Positions 9,893 through 21,573 of a stretch of DNA of 64,000 bases are shown in pieces (positions within the stretch are counted from its first letter, which is position 1; each line of letters begins with the position of its first letter). Under the pieces are notes generated by a model, which saw only the letters and a program-made list of their open reading frames with translations, was not told where the DNA came from and made no database searches. Source of the stretch: a bacterium (lineage in GTDB: Bacteria > JAHJDO01); NCBI GenBank assembly GCA_043824255.1, contig JBDRTG010000047.1, positions 1-64,000 on the forward strand. The letters run 5' to 3'. The translations under genes were made by a program, and so were the position numbers.

Positions 9893-11371
9893 TCAGGAAT
9901 TTAATAAATATTTTTGTGCAACCTGCCTGTCATCAAAGGGCACCACCGTGTCTTTTAATACCTGATAGGTCTCGTGCCCTTTACCCAGAATCATTACCAT
10001 GTCATTCTCTTTAGCGAGTTCTATTGCTCTCTTAATAGCGATTTTTCTGTCCGGTATAATCTCAAAGTCAGGCCTGACAGTGCCTTTAATGCCTTGAATA
10101 ATTTCTTCAATAATCTTCATAGGATCCTCAGTTCTTGGATTATCAGAGGTAATGATAGTATAGTCGCTTAGTTCTGAAGAGATTTTTCCCATTTGTGGAC
10201 GTTTCAACCTGTCTCTGTCTCCTCCACATCCAAACACTGTTATTATTCTGTTTGGTGTTAAGTCTCTTGCAGTACTAAGAACTTGTTTCATACCGTCTGG
10301 AGTATGGGCATAGTCAACAATAATGCAAAAACCTGCATCTGTGGTTATTTTCTCAAACCTGCCGGGAACTGATTTTAGACTTTCCAGTCCGGATTTAATC
10401 TCATTAAGAGACAGACCAAAAGCTAACGCAGTACTTGTGGCTGCAAGCGCATTATAGATGTTGTATTTACCTGCAAGATTAATCGTTACCTCTATGCTTT
10501 TATCCGGAGAAACATGAAGTTTAAAACATGAACCATTAAGGGTTGATCTTATACCAGTTGCATACACAGATGCGTTTGTATTTAATCCATAGGAAATAAT
10601 CTCAACCTGACATACATCAAAAAATCGTCTGCTTATAGGATCATCTATATTTATGATAGCTTTTTTAGCAGTATTCTTTTTACTGTTCTTCCCCATTTGT
10701 TCAAAGAGCTGAAGCTTTGTGTCTTGATATTTTCCTAATGTTTCATGATAGTCTAAATGTTCAGGTGTTAGATTAGTAAAAATACAGGTGTCAAATTCAA
10801 TTCCTGCTATCCTTCTTTGGGCAATTGCATGAGAGGAAACCTCCATTACGGCAATCTCTGTGTTTACCTCTAACATCTGATTGAGCAATGCTCTTAATTG
10901 AATTGGGCCTGGTGTAGTATTTACAGCAGGTATGATCCTGTCTCCTATTTGATAATTGATTGTTCCAATTATTCCAGTTTTGTGGCCTGCTTTTCTAAGA
11001 ATTTGATCAATAAAATAAGTGGTTGTCGTCTTACCATTAGTTCCTGTTATACCAATAATGTTCATTCTATTTGAAGGATAGTTGTAAAATGTATCTGCTA
11101 TTACAGGAAGTATCTTCTTCGTATCAGGAACTCTTATTATTGTTATATCCTCTAATACTTCTACATCCTTTTCTACTATGAGGGCTGCAGCTCCTCTGGA
11201 AATAGCGTCGTTAATAAAATTGTGCCCATCTGCTTTTAGTCCTTTAATACTAATAAACGCAAAACCGCTCTTTACATTGTTAGAGTCAGAGGCTATTCCA
11301 TTAATCTCAATATCTTTCTTGCCAGATATAGTAAAGCTCTCTAAGTCAGAAATTAGTTTCTGTAATTTCAA
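9893..11371 (-). CDS. murE: UDP-MurNAc-dipeptide--diaminopimelate ligase
   Basis: Motifs GITGTNGKTT, MEVSSH, DYAHTPD, DNPR (DAP specificity motif) and GKGHE. Confidence 0.97.
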   Translation of the reverse strand: MKLQKLISDLESFTISGKKDIEINGIASDSNNVKSGFAFISIKGLKADGHNFINDAISRGAAALIVEKDVEVLEDITIIRVPDTKKILPVIADTFYNYPSNRMNIIGITGTNGKTTTTYFIDQILRKAGHKTGIIGTINYQIGDRIIPAVNTTPGPIQLRALLNQMLEVNTEIAVMEVSSHAIAQRRIAGIEFDTCIFTNLTPEHLDYHETLGKYQDTKLQLFEQMGKNSKKNTAKKAIINIDDPISRRFFDVCQVEIISYGLNTNASVYATGIRSTLNGSCFKLHVSPDKSIEVTINLAGKYNIYNALAATSTALAFGLSLNEIKSGLESLKSVPGRFEKITTDAGFCIIVDYAHTPDGMKQVLSTARDLTPNRIITVFGCGGDRDRLKRPQMGKISSELSDYTIITSDNPRTEDPMKIIEEIIQGIKGTVRPDFEIIPDRKIAIKRAIELAKENDMVMILGKGHETYQVLKDTVVPFDDRQVAQKYLLNS

Positions 11372-13068
11372 TGTTGTTCTCCTTTATCAGGGAAAATATT
11401 AAGATATCTTGCTACATCCTGCGCAACATTCTTGAATGCAGGAGCAGCAACGATTGATCCATAATATGCTCCTTGAGGCTCATTTACTATTATTAGTATT
11501 GATACCTGCGGGTTAGGGATTGGTAAATATCCTATAAAAGACGCTACATATTTTTCATTGGAATAACCCTCTCCTGGTATGTATTTCTGAGCAGTCCCTG
11601 TCTTGCCTGCAATAGTGTATCCTTCAATCTGCGCGTTGATACCAGTTCCATTCTTTACGACACCTGTCATCATTTCGACTAAAACACTGCTTGTCTGGGA
11701 AGAAACTACTCTACGAACTTTCTTAGGTTTGAATTCTTTTTTTATTTTTTTCCCCTTATCATCTATACTACTCACAATCATAGGAGTCATCAAGTTTCCC
11801 CCGTTTGCAACTGCTGATATTGCAGTTATAAGCTGAAGAGGCGTCACTGATATCTCCTGTCCGAATGGAATAACCCCAACAGAAAGCTTTGACCATCTAC
11901 TTAAAGAACGCAGCAAACCCTTAGCCTCACCGGGAAGCTCTATACCCGTCTTTGCTCCAAATCCGAATAATCTAATATTCTTATACAGCTCTTCTGCGCC
12001 GGTCTTAATCCCTATCTTGGCAAATGCTATATTGCTTGATACTTCAAGCGCCTGACGGAATGTGATTTCCCCATATGGCTCATGATCGTGTATTGTATGT
12101 CTCATAAATCTATATGAGCCGTTTTCAGCGAAAATAATATCCTCAGGTATAAATACTTTATTATTTAAAGCTGTTGCTGCTGTTATGACCTTGAAAGTAG
12201 ATCCAGGCTCATAAGCATCTGTTATTGCTCTGTTTCTTCTGCAATCATGGGTAAAACTTCCGGCGTTATTTGGATCGTATGTCGGTCTGTTAGCCATGGC
12301 AAGTATCTCGCCTGTATTTGGATTCATAACAATTCCTGTCACACTCTTAGGACTAAATTTTTCAACCAGTCTATTTAGTTCACGTTCTAATATATGCTGT
12401 ATAATTTCATCTATAGTAAGAACAATATCTGCGCTATCCAGCAAAATGGGTATATGCGATCTGGATGAAACAAGTTCTCTGCCTCTAGCATCCTTCATGG
12501 TCATATAATAACCTGTTTTGCCCCCCAGCTCATCCTCAAAAAACTTCTCCGTACCTTCTAACCCCCTGTTATCGCTGCTGACAAACCCGATAACATGACT
12601 TCCTAATGTCCCTTTTGGATAAAATCTAGCGCTTTCCGGGCGAAGCCGGACACCTTTTAAGTCCAATGCTGAGATCTCGTTATATGCTTCAGAAGACAAT
12701 TTTCTGCTTAAAGTAAAAAGCCTTTCACGAGACTGAATTTGTTTTAGTATCTGCTCAGGATCTTTCAAGAGAATTCTTCCTAACTGCTCGGAAACATTCT
12801 TAGGATCTTTGACCTTCTTGGGACTGATATAAAGAGTATAGGTCTTTATATTTACTGCCAACTCCTTCCTGTTTCGATCGTAAATTATTCCTCTTTCAGT
12901 ACTTGATGTGATTTTCGTCTTCTGTGTTTTCTTTGCTTCTTCAGACAGCTTCTTATTCTGAAGTATCTGGATATAAAAAAGTCTCCCAATAAGAATAAGA
13001 AGAGCAATGTTTATAACTATCACAACAATTGCTGTACGACGTTTATGCCCAGAGTTCAGACTACCCAT
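11368..13068 (-). CDS. ftsI: Class B penicillin-binding protein (FtsI/PBP3)
   Basis: N-terminal TM segment, RG.IYDRN, EPGSTFK (SxxK), SSN and KTGT. Confidence 0.92.
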   Translation of the reverse strand: MGSLNSGHKRRTAIVVIVINIALLILIGRLFYIQILQNKKLSEEAKKTQKTKITSSTERGIIYDRNRKELAVNIKTYTLYISPKKVKDPKNVSEQLGRILLKDPEQILKQIQSRERLFTLSRKLSSEAYNEISALDLKGVRLRPESARFYPKGTLGSHVIGFVSSDNRGLEGTEKFFEDELGGKTGYYMTMKDARGRELVSSRSHIPILLDSADIVLTIDEIIQHILERELNRLVEKFSPKSVTGIVMNPNTGEILAMANRPTYDPNNAGSFTHDCRRNRAITDAYEPGSTFKVITAATALNNKVFIPEDIIFAENGSYRFMRHTIHDHEPYGEITFRQALEVSSNIAFAKIGIKTGAEELYKNIRLFGFGAKTGIELPGEAKGLLRSLSRWSKLSVGVIPFGQEISVTPLQLITAISAVANGGNLMTPMIVSSIDDKGKKIKKEFKPKKVRRVVSSQTSSVLVEMMTGVVKNGTGINAQIEGYTIAGKTGTAQKYIPGEGYSNEKYVASFIGYLPIPNPQVSILIIVNEPQGAYYGSIVAAPAFKNVAQDVARYLNIFPDKGEQH

Positions 13069-13077
13069 AATAAGTTC

Positions 13078-13398
13078 CTACTTCGTGTATAATCTTACTA
13101 TACACCATCTTTTAGATGGGATAAGCCCCATATCCTTAGCTATTCTTTCTATGCGCTGAGGTGATCTTAAAGAAGCAACATTCAGTTGCAAGATATGGTT
13201 TTCTTCTATCAGCCTTATGCGTTCACTCTTTAACTTATTGATACAGTAGCCGCTTTTCACAACCTCAATATGCTGCCACACGTAAAATATACCAAGTAAT
13301 ATGAAAGGAATAATCCATAGAAACCATTTGAATGTTGAAACTGTCTTTTGCAGACTTTTTCCTCTATGATATGCAGATAGAAAAATGTTTGTATGCAT
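13078..13398 (-). CDS. ftsL: Cell division protein FtsL
   Basis: Single TM, coiled coil and SPQRIERIA..MG; lies between rsmH and ftsI. Confidence 0.8.
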   Translation of the reverse strand: MHTNIFLSAYHRGKSLQKTVSTFKWFLWIIPFILLGIFYVWQHIEVVKSGYCINKLKSERIRLIEENHILQLNVASLRSPQRIERIAKDMGLIPSKRWCIVRLYTK

Positions 13399-13399
13399 T

Positions 13400-14287
13400 T
13401 TATTGTGTTTTTTCTAAAACTCTCAATTTTGCGCTCCTGGAGCGGATATTTCTATCAATCTCTTCCCTTGTTGGTGTTAGGGGTTTTTTAGTGATAATTT
13501 TGGCTTGCTCATTCATTTTAAATTCCCTGAACTTGTTTTTTGTAATCCTGTCTTCTAATGAATGAAACGATATTATGCACATTCTACCTTCCTTTTTAAG
13601 AAGACTAAAGCCATGTGTAATTGCAGCAGATAAATCTTCCAATTCATTATTTGTAGCTATCCTTAAGGACTGGAATACCCTTGTAGCAGGGTGAATTCTA
13701 TATCTTTTTAGAGGAATAGCCTTCTTTATTATGGTTACCAACTCACCTGTTGTTTGTATAGACTCCTTTTTTCTTTCTGTTATAATCCTAGAGGCAATTC
13801 TCTTAGAATATCGTTCTTCTCCATATTTAAAAAAAATTTCAGCTAACTCATCGTAGGATAAATTATTAATCAGGCTCTGAGCTGTCAGGTTGGAAGACCG
13901 ATCCATTCTCATATCCAATGGCCCGTTTTTATTAAAACTAAATCCTCTTTCAGGATTATCTATTTGATACGAAGACATCCCAATATCAAAGATAATCCCA
14001 TCTACTGCTTTGATATTTAACTGGCTGCAGATATCTGTAATATTTAGAAAATTATCGTGAACAAGTTTGAATGAGCCAGCAAACTTTCCTAATCTACTTT
14101 CAGCTATCTCCAAAACTGATTTATCGCAGTCTATGCCAATCAGAAAACCTTTGGGATGTATAATATTCAGTATTGCCTCAGCATGTCCTCCTTCACCAAT
14201 TGTGCAATCAACGTATATGCCTTCAGGTTCAATACATACGAGGCCTAATACTTCATTAAGTAAAACAGGTATATGCTTGAATATCAA
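13400..14287 (-). CDS. rsmH: 16S rRNA m4C1402 methyltransferase
   Basis: Motifs HIPVLL.EV, DCT.G.GGH, LDMRM, FHSLEDR and RSRSAKLR. Confidence 0.97.
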   Translation of the reverse strand: MIFKHIPVLLNEVLGLVCIEPEGIYVDCTIGEGGHAEAILNIIHPKGFLIGIDCDKSVLEIAESRLGKFAGSFKLVHDNFLNITDICSQLNIKAVDGIIFDIGMSSYQIDNPERGFSFNKNGPLDMRMDRSSNLTAQSLINNLSYDELAEIFFKYGEERYSKRIASRIITERKKESIQTTGELVTIIKKAIPLKRYRIHPATRVFQSLRIATNNELEDLSAAITHGFSLLKKEGRMCIISFHSLEDRITKNKFREFKMNEQAKIITKKPLTPTREEIDRNIRSRSAKLRVLEKTQ

Positions 14288-14718
14288 ATTTCTAATTGTT
14301 CTGCAATTTCATTAACAGATCTCTCTGTGTTTTTTGAATAAGAAATCCAGTTTTCTCTACTCCAAATCTCTATACGGTTCATAACCCCGATGATAATAAC
14401 GTCCTTTCTTATTTGAGCATAATTCTTTAAATATAAAGGGATTGATATTCTTCCCTGCTTGTCTATTGTGCATTCAGAAGCGCCGGAAAATAAGTGCCTG
14501 GTGTAAGCACGGGCATCCTTACCAGTAAGAGGCAAAGCTTTTGTCTTATTTTCAAACAATCTCCATTCATCCACTGTAAATAAGAATAAGCAGTTATCCA
14601 GACCTTTTGTAATAATGAACCTCTCGACAAAAGTTTCTTTTATTTTTCCCCTAAGGCGCATAGGGACAATAAGACGGTTTTTCTCATCCAGTGTATGTGT
14701 GAATTCACCGTAAAACAT
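14284..14718 (-). CDS. mraZ: Transcriptional regulator MraZ
   Basis: MFYGEF.H.LDEKNRL, a second DKQGRI repeat and IEIW. Confidence 0.97.
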   Translation of the reverse strand: MFYGEFTHTLDEKNRLIVPMRLRGKIKETFVERFIITKGLDNCLFLFTVDEWRLFENKTKALPLTGKDARAYTRHLFSGASECTIDKQGRISIPLYLKNYAQIRKDVIIIGVMNRIEIWSRENWISYSKNTERSVNEIAEQLEI

Positions 14719-14725
14719 AAGTTAT

Positions 14726-14805
14726 CCCCATAATCCACAACTTTTCCACCATTTCACTCCACTTTCTACCACAATAAGCTAACACAATGCTGTGTAATGT
14801 GTCAA
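14726..14805 (-). promoter_or_regulatory. dcw promoter with MraZ-binding GTGG repeats
   Basis: TTGACA (14805-14800), 18 nt, then TGtTAGCTT. GTGGT, GTGGA and ATGGT follow at a 10-nt pitch (14772, 14762, 14752), with further GTGGA copies before the ATG. Confidence 0.7.
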
Positions 14806-14841
14806 GCGATAGTTGCAATACAGATGGAAATAAAGTAATTA

Positions 14842-15149
14842 TTACTTGTCTGGCTTAAGCTTATATATTACCTCACCAGACCTTATCAATCCTAATTCCT
14901 TACGGGCGAGTTTTTCTATGTACAACGAGTCGTTCTTTAAAGCGGATATCTCTTTGGCAAGTTTCTTATTGGATTCTCGGACCCTTTCAATCTCATTCTC
15001 AAGATTTGCAATCTGTTTATTCAGTTTTCTCTGCTCTATTATACAGGGAGTAAAAACATATATAGCCAACACTGCAGATAGGATAATTATTATAGATAGT
15101 AATACCTTTTTTAGTTTGTTTTTTGAAGCATTCTGCTTTTTATTACGCA

Positions 15150-15150
<1 letters not shown>
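14842..15150 (-). CDS. ftsB: Septum formation initiator (FtsB/DivIC)
   Basis: TM segment, coiled coil and YIEKLARKELGLIRSGE; directly downstream of eno. Confidence 0.85.
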
Positions 15151-16454
<1,304 letters not shown>

Positions 16455-17792
16455 CTATTCTTCATCTTCTCTCATAGAAAGATTTTCAAATTTAGCATAT
16501 TCTTTAATAAAAGCTAGTTTAAACAGTCCTGTCGGCCCATTTCTCTGCTTTCCTATATTTATTTCCGCTTCCCCCTTATTCTCTTCAGTCTCTTCATACA
16601 ATTCTTCTCTCACCAGAAGCAAAACTACATCTGCGTCTTGCTCTATGGCGCCTGATTCCCTGAGATCGGATAATTGAGGTCTGTGTCTTCCTTCTCCCAG
16701 ACGTCTTAACTGTGAGAGCGCAACCACAGGAATATTTAATTCCTTTGCTAATCCTTTTAATGACCTGGAAATTTCCGATATCTCCTGCTGTCTGTTCTCT
16801 GACCCAGATTTGCCGCTCATTAATTGCAAGTAGTCTATTATGAGAATTCCTATATTCTTGGTTGCCTTAAGACGCCTTGCTTTTGCGCGCACCTCCAGCC
16901 CGGAAAGATTAGAACTGTCATCAATATAAATTGGCGCTTCAGACAATCTCCCAGCAGCAATAGTAAGCTTTGGCCAGTCCTGTTCTCCAAGATAACCCGT
17001 TCTCATTTTGTGCATATCAACTCTAGCTTCCGAGCATAACATGCGCTGTACAAGCTGCTCCTTAGACATTTCCAAACTCAATATGCCAATAGGTATCTTT
17101 TCTTCAACTCCAATATGATGAGCAAGAGAGAGAGCAAAACTTGTTTTACCCATACTCGGTCTGCCTGCAACAATAATAAGGTCTGAATTCTGCAGCCCTG
17201 CCGTTCTATCATCAAGCTCATCAAACCCAGTACGAATACCTGTTACATGAATTTTTTTATCAATTATATTCTCTATAGTCTGGAACGTGTCCTTTAATAT
17301 AGACTTTACTGCAACAAATTCCCCTTTCATTTTCTGCTGACTTACCTCAAAAATAAGTTTTTCTGCCCTGTCTAATATTACATCAACCTCTTCATTCCCT
17401 TCATAGCTCTTTGTAATAATTTGGGTAGATACATTGATTAAATTTCTGAGTGTTGCCTTCTGCTTTACAATTCGCGCATGATGCTCAACATTAGCAGCTG
17501 TTGCTACGCTACTGACTAATCCTGATATATAGCTTGGTCCTCCAGCATCCTTTAATTCTTTTCCCTTTGTCAGGTGTTCAGTTAGTGTGACTAAATCCAC
17601 AGCTTCGTCTTTATCATACAAAGATACTATTGCAGAGAATATTTTCTTATGAGCGTCTTTATAAAAATCCTTGCTATTTAATATTTCAAGTGTCTTTCCA
17701 ATAGCTTCTTTTTCAATCAGCATAGCTCCCAGCACAGATATCTCTGCGTCTATATTCTGCGGAGGCAGTTTATCTACAGGCATCTTCTTCAT
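16455..17792 (-). CDS. dnaB: Replicative DNA helicase
   Basis: Motifs PPQN.DAE.SVLG, GRPSMGKT, DYLQL, LRESGAIEQDAD and KQRNGP; no intein. Confidence 0.98.
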   Translation of the reverse strand: MKKMPVDKLPPQNIDAEISVLGAMLIEKEAIGKTLEILNSKDFYKDAHKKIFSAIVSLYDKDEAVDLVTLTEHLTKGKELKDAGGPSYISGLVSSVATAANVEHHARIVKQKATLRNLINVSTQIITKSYEGNEEVDVILDRAEKLIFEVSQQKMKGEFVAVKSILKDTFQTIENIIDKKIHVTGIRTGFDELDDRTAGLQNSDLIIVAGRPSMGKTSFALSLAHHIGVEEKIPIGILSLEMSKEQLVQRMLCSEARVDMHKMRTGYLGEQDWPKLTIAAGRLSEAPIYIDDSSNLSGLEVRAKARRLKATKNIGILIIDYLQLMSGKSGSENRQQEISEISRSLKGLAKELNIPVVALSQLRRLGEGRHRPQLSDLRESGAIEQDADVVLLLVREELYEETEENKGEAEINIGKQRNGPTGLFKLAFIKEYAKFENLSMREDEE

Positions 17793-17810
17793 TTTTTGAT
17801 ATAACCCCGT

Positions 17811-18602
17811 TTATAAAAAAAGTTTTATATAGTAAAACATTGCCGGCGCTGTAAATAACAGGCTGTCAAACCTGTCCAGAACCCCCCCATGCCCCGGGAT
17901 GCTACAATCAGTATCCTTTACTTTTGCATCACGCTTCAGCAATGATTCTGATAGATCCCCTAGCTGACCAGCCAGGAACATTACTATTGCAAGCGTAATC
18001 ATATGAATTCCCGTAAGTGTCTTCATAAACATTAATTTCGCAATAATAACTCCAATAAAACTCCCCATACAAGCTCCCATTAATCCTTCGTAAGACTTGT
18101 TAGGACTTGCCTTTAAAGGTAATTTATGTTTGCCGAACAATGTTCCAACTGCATAGGCCCCTGAATCTGTAAGCCATGTAATAGCCAGCATTGCAAGAAG
18201 ATATCCTTTCCCTGATGGCAAATTTCTAAGAGCAACAAGATGCGCTAAGAACCATCCTGTATATATTACTCCAAAACTCGTTATTCCTGTAGTAATTATT
18301 GAGCCTGCTATGTCATTCTTGAGAAGCTGGAACGTCAGCACCATGAGAAACACAACAAATAAAATTATGCCAGCTAATATTTGTTCTCCTCCATAAAACG
18401 AAAATACCATACATACACAACCTAGAGACCCAATAAGTTTAGGAATATCCTTCTTTATGTGTTTAACCAGATTAGCAAATTCTAAAAATGCAAATACAGA
18501 CACAGTCGCAGCAAACAATGCAAACGCTACTCCTCCATTGTATGCCAAAAGAAGAAAAATAGGGATGCAAAATACAGCAACTGCTATTCGACTGCGTAAC
18601 AT
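17811..18602 (-). CDS. cdsA: Phosphatidate cytidylyltransferase
   Basis: Multi-TM protein with SPNKSYEG, GDL.ES.LKR and IPGHGGVLDRFDS. The start is placed at MLRSRI (18602) to avoid the overlap with uppS. Confidence 0.93.
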   Translation of the reverse strand: MLRSRIAVAVFCIPIFLLLAYNGGVAFALFAATVSVFAFLEFANLVKHIKKDIPKLIGSLGCVCMVFSFYGGEQILAGIILFVVFLMVLTFQLLKNDIAGSIITTGITSFGVIYTGWFLAHLVALRNLPSGKGYLLAMLAITWLTDSGAYAVGTLFGKHKLPLKASPNKSYEGLMGACMGSFIGVIIAKLMFMKTLTGIHMITLAIVMFLAGQLGDLSESLLKRDAKVKDTDCSIPGHGGVLDRFDSLLFTAPAMFYYIKLFL

Positions 18603-18612
18603 AGCTACTATC

Positions 18613-19356
18613 TTATCCGTTATGTTTCCCAAACCGCCTTTGTCTATTTTGATAATCCAAAATCGCTTTTATATACTCTGTTTGCTCAAAATCCGGCCAA
18701 TACGTATCTGTGACCCATATTTCAGAGTACGATAGTTGCCAGAGCAAAAAATTGCTAATCCTCATCTCTCCGCTTGTTCTGATTAAAAGATCCGGATCCG
18801 GTAAATCGGAGGTATATAAATATTTAGTAATTATATTCTCATTTATATCTCTCGTTATAATACCTTTTTCAACATCATTTACAATGTTTTTTACTGCATT
18901 CGTAATCTCTTGCCTGCTGCCATAATTAATAGCTAAAGTAAACGTTAAGCCTTTATTTGCAGATGTCTCCTTTAGTGCATTATCCAGAGTTTTCTGAAGC
19001 CCATCTGACAATTCTCCTGTATTTCCAATTACATTAAGCCTTACATCATTTTTGCTAAAGGTTGATATTTCTTTTTTGAGATATATCTTAAATAAAGACA
19101 TAATTGTACTAACTTCATCTTTAGGACGTTTCCAGTTTTCAGTGGAAAACGCATACATTGTCAGAAATTTTATACCAATGTTTGAGGAAGTTTCTACAAT
19201 GCGCCTAACAGTTTTTACGCCTGCCAGGTGCCCTGCAGACCTTGGCAATCCGCGCTTCTTTGCCCATCTGCCATTCCCGTCCATTATAATAGCAATATGT
19301 TGAGGAAGCTTCTTATGGTCTAATTTTGCTAACAGCTCTCCTTTTTTACTCATCAC
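18613..19356 (-). CDS. uppS: Isoprenyl transferase (undecaprenyl diphosphate synthase)
   Basis: Motifs HIAIIMDGNGRWA, FSTENW.R and RTSGE.RISNFLLWQ. Confidence 0.97.
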   Translation of the reverse strand: MMSKKGELLAKLDHKKLPQHIAIIMDGNGRWAKKRGLPRSAGHLAGVKTVRRIVETSSNIGIKFLTMYAFSTENWKRPKDEVSTIMSLFKIYLKKEISTFSKNDVRLNVIGNTGELSDGLQKTLDNALKETSANKGLTFTLAINYGSRQEITNAVKNIVNDVEKGIITRDINENIITKYLYTSDLPDPDLLIRTSGEMRISNFLLWQLSYSEIWVTDTYWPDFEQTEYIKAILDYQNRQRRFGKHNG

Positions 19357-19523
19357 GCCTTAGCTATTGCTTCTACAGGGCATACTTCCACACATTTACC
19401 GCACTCTGTGCATTTCTCAGCAATAATGCAATATTTATCATCCTCCTCTTTGATAGCTTCTGCTTCGCATTCGTCAACACACGTGCCGCAACCAACACAT
19501 TCATCTGATATTTTATAAGCCAT
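19353..19523 (-). CDS. 2[4Fe-4S] ferredoxin (56 aa; absent from the ORF track)
   Basis: Manual translation MAYKISDECVGCGTCVDECEAEAIKEEDDKYCIIAEKCTECGKCVEVCPVEAIAKA gives two CxxCxxCxxxC motifs; RBS GAGGAGG; the stop overlaps the uppS start. Confidence 0.93.
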   Translation of the reverse strand: MAYKISDECVGCGTCVDECEAEAIKEEDDKYCIIAEKCTECGKCVEVCPVEAIAKA

Positions 19524-19677
19524 GTCTTAGTCCTCCTCTGTTTTTTAGTGTTATCTTAATTAATCTGTTTAAATTATCGTATTCATAAGCCAGGTATGCC
19601 CAGGGTTGTGATAGGTAAAAATCAGTAAAAAGATTAAGAAAAGTGTTGAGAATTTCTTCATGTTGTGAATAGATTTT

Positions 19678-20235
19678 TCAAATCGCCATCAACGCCTTTT
19701 CCTTGTTGCCTACAACTTCATCAATCTGACCGATGTGCTGATCTGTGATTTTTTGAATATGTTCTTCATCTCTAAAAGCATCGTCTTCAGGCACCTGTCC
19801 ATTCTTTTGCAGGTTTTTAATTTCTGCAATAGTATCCCGTCGTATTCCTCTTATAGCGATCTTGCCTTCTTCACCTCCCTTCTTTACAATCTTTATGAGT
19901 TCTTTTCTTCTTTCCTCAGTAGGAGATGGAACAGGTATACGCAACACTTTGCCGTCATTTATAGGTGTCAGTCCAATATTAGCCTTTATTATCGCTTTTT
20001 CTACATCAGATATTATATTTTTATCCCACGGCTGGATAATAATAAGCTGAGCCTCTGGAACAGAAATACCTGCTACCTGATTGAGCGGCGCTGGCGAGCC
20101 ATAACAATCAACCATAATATGTTCTACCAAAGAAGCGGATGCTCTTCCAGTTCGTATTGTAGCCAGTTCCCCCTTCACTGCCTCAATGGATTTTCCCATC
20201 TTGTCCTCAGCTTGCGAAATAATTTGCTTTAGCAT
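19678..20235 (-). CDS. frr: Ribosome recycling factor
   Basis: Motifs IRTGRA, QPWD, TEERRKEL and IR.IRRD. Confidence 0.97.
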   Translation of the reverse strand: MLKQIISQAEDKMGKSIEAVKGELATIRTGRASASLVEHIMVDCYGSPAPLNQVAGISVPEAQLIIIQPWDKNIISDVEKAIIKANIGLTPINDGKVLRIPVPSPTEERRKELIKIVKKGGEEGKIAIRGIRRDTIAEIKNLQKNGQVPEDDAFRDEEHIQKITDQHIGQIDEVVGNKEKALMAI

Positions 20236-20236
20236 T

Positions 20237-20959
20237 CTATTTTGCCTCCTTTACAAAAGTTCCGATATTCTCTCCCATTATAACCTTTCTAATATTCCCC
20301 TTTTGAGCCATATTAAAGACAACAATTGGCAGATTATTATCCATACAAAGAGAAATAGCAGTACTATCCATAACTTTAAGCCTCTTTGTTATTACTTCAA
20401 GATAGTCAATTGAACTAAATCGTTTTGCTTTCTTATTAGTTAGGGGATCTGAACTATACACTCCATCTACTTTTGTTGCCTTAAGCACTATTTCAGCTTC
20501 TATTTCTACTGCACGCAGGGCAGCTGCAGTATCAGTGCTAAAATACGGATTCCCTGTCCCCCCTGCGAAAATCACAACTCTTCCCTTCTCTAAGTGTCTG
20601 ACAGCCTTCCTTCTTATATATGGCTCTGCCAGTTTCTGCATTTCTATTGCAGTTTGTACTCTGGTAATTACTCCTATATTCTCTAACGCTCCTTGAAGTG
20701 CTAATGCATTGATCATAGTGGCGATCATTCCCATATAATCAGCAGTAACTCTATCTATTCCATTCTTACTTGCCGGCACCCCTCTAAATATATTTCCACC
20801 ACCTATCACAACGGCAATTTCTACACCAAGTGCCTGTATCTCATTAATTTGTTCCGCAATAAGAGCTGTTTCTTCAAAATCTATACCAAATTCTCTTCTG
20901 CCTTTGAGAGCTTCTCCACTTAATTTGAGTAAAATCCGTTTATATACAGGCTTTCTCAC
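20237..20959 (-). CDS. pyrH: UMP kinase
   Basis: Motifs [20 protein letters not shown] and [10 protein letters not shown]; probable GTG start at 20959 after GGAGG. Confidence 0.97.
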   Translation of the reverse strand: MRKPVYKRILLKLSGEALKGRREFGIDFEETALIAEQINEIQALGVEIAVVIGGGNIFRGVPASKNGIDRVTADYMGMIATMINALALQGALENIGVITRVQTAIEMQKLAEPYIRRKAVRHLEKGRVVIFAGGTGNPYFSTDTAAALRAVEIEAEIVLKATKVDGVYSSDPLTNKKAKRFSSIDYLEVITKRLKVMDSTAISLCMDNNLPIVVFNMAQKGNIRKVIMGENIGTFVKEAK

Positions 20960-20966
20960 AAAACGA

Positions 20967-21554
20967 TTAACCTCCAAGTTGATATCGAGTGAATCTACGA
21001 ACCTTGATATTCTCTCCCAGCTTAGCTACCTTAGATACTATATATTCGCTAATAGATATTTTGCTGTCCTTAATAAATGTCTGCTGTAACAGGCAGAATT
21101 GCGCAAAGAATTTCTCTAGTTTGCCATTAACTATTTTTTCAATAGCATATTCTGGCTTGCCCTTACTTTGCTCGCTATATATCTCCCTTTCTTTTTCAAT
21201 CACATCACGAGGCACGTCTTCCTTAGAAATATAAGAAGGATTTGTTGCAGCAATATGCATTGCTATATTCCTGGCTAAGTCCTTAAATTCATCTGTTCTA
21301 GCAACAAAATCAGTCTCGCAATTAATCTCTGCCAATACACCTATTTTATCTCCATGATGTATATAGGAGGCAATAATGCCTTCCAGAGCCTGGCGTCCGG
21401 TTCTTTTCTTTGCGCCTGCCAACCCCTTTTTACGCAGAACATTTGTAGCCTTTTCCAAATCCCCGTCTGCTTCTATCAGAGCCGCCTTGCAATCCATAAT
21501 ACCTATAGCGGTCGCTTCCCTTAATTTTTTAACCAAATCTGCACTTATTTCCAT
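20967..21554 (-). CDS. tsf: Elongation factor Ts (short form)
   Basis: Motifs VKKLRE.T..G.MDCK.AL and [10 protein letters not shown]. Confidence 0.97.
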   Translation of the reverse strand: MEISADLVKKLREATAIGIMDCKAALIEADGDLEKATNVLRKKGLAGAKKRTGRQALEGIIASYIHHGDKIGVLAEINCETDFVARTDEFKDLARNIAMHIAATNPSYISKEDVPRDVIEKEREIYSEQSKGKPEYAIEKIVNGKLEKFFAQFCLLQQTFIKDSKISISEYIVSKVAKLGENIKVRRFTRYQLGG

Positions 21555-21573
21555 TATAGAAAAACTCCTTTAT

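Noticed and set aside
19664..19682. Possible Rex operator (TTGTGAA...) upstream of the ferredoxin
   Set aside because: The second half-site and spacing do not match TTGTGAA-N4-TTCACAA.
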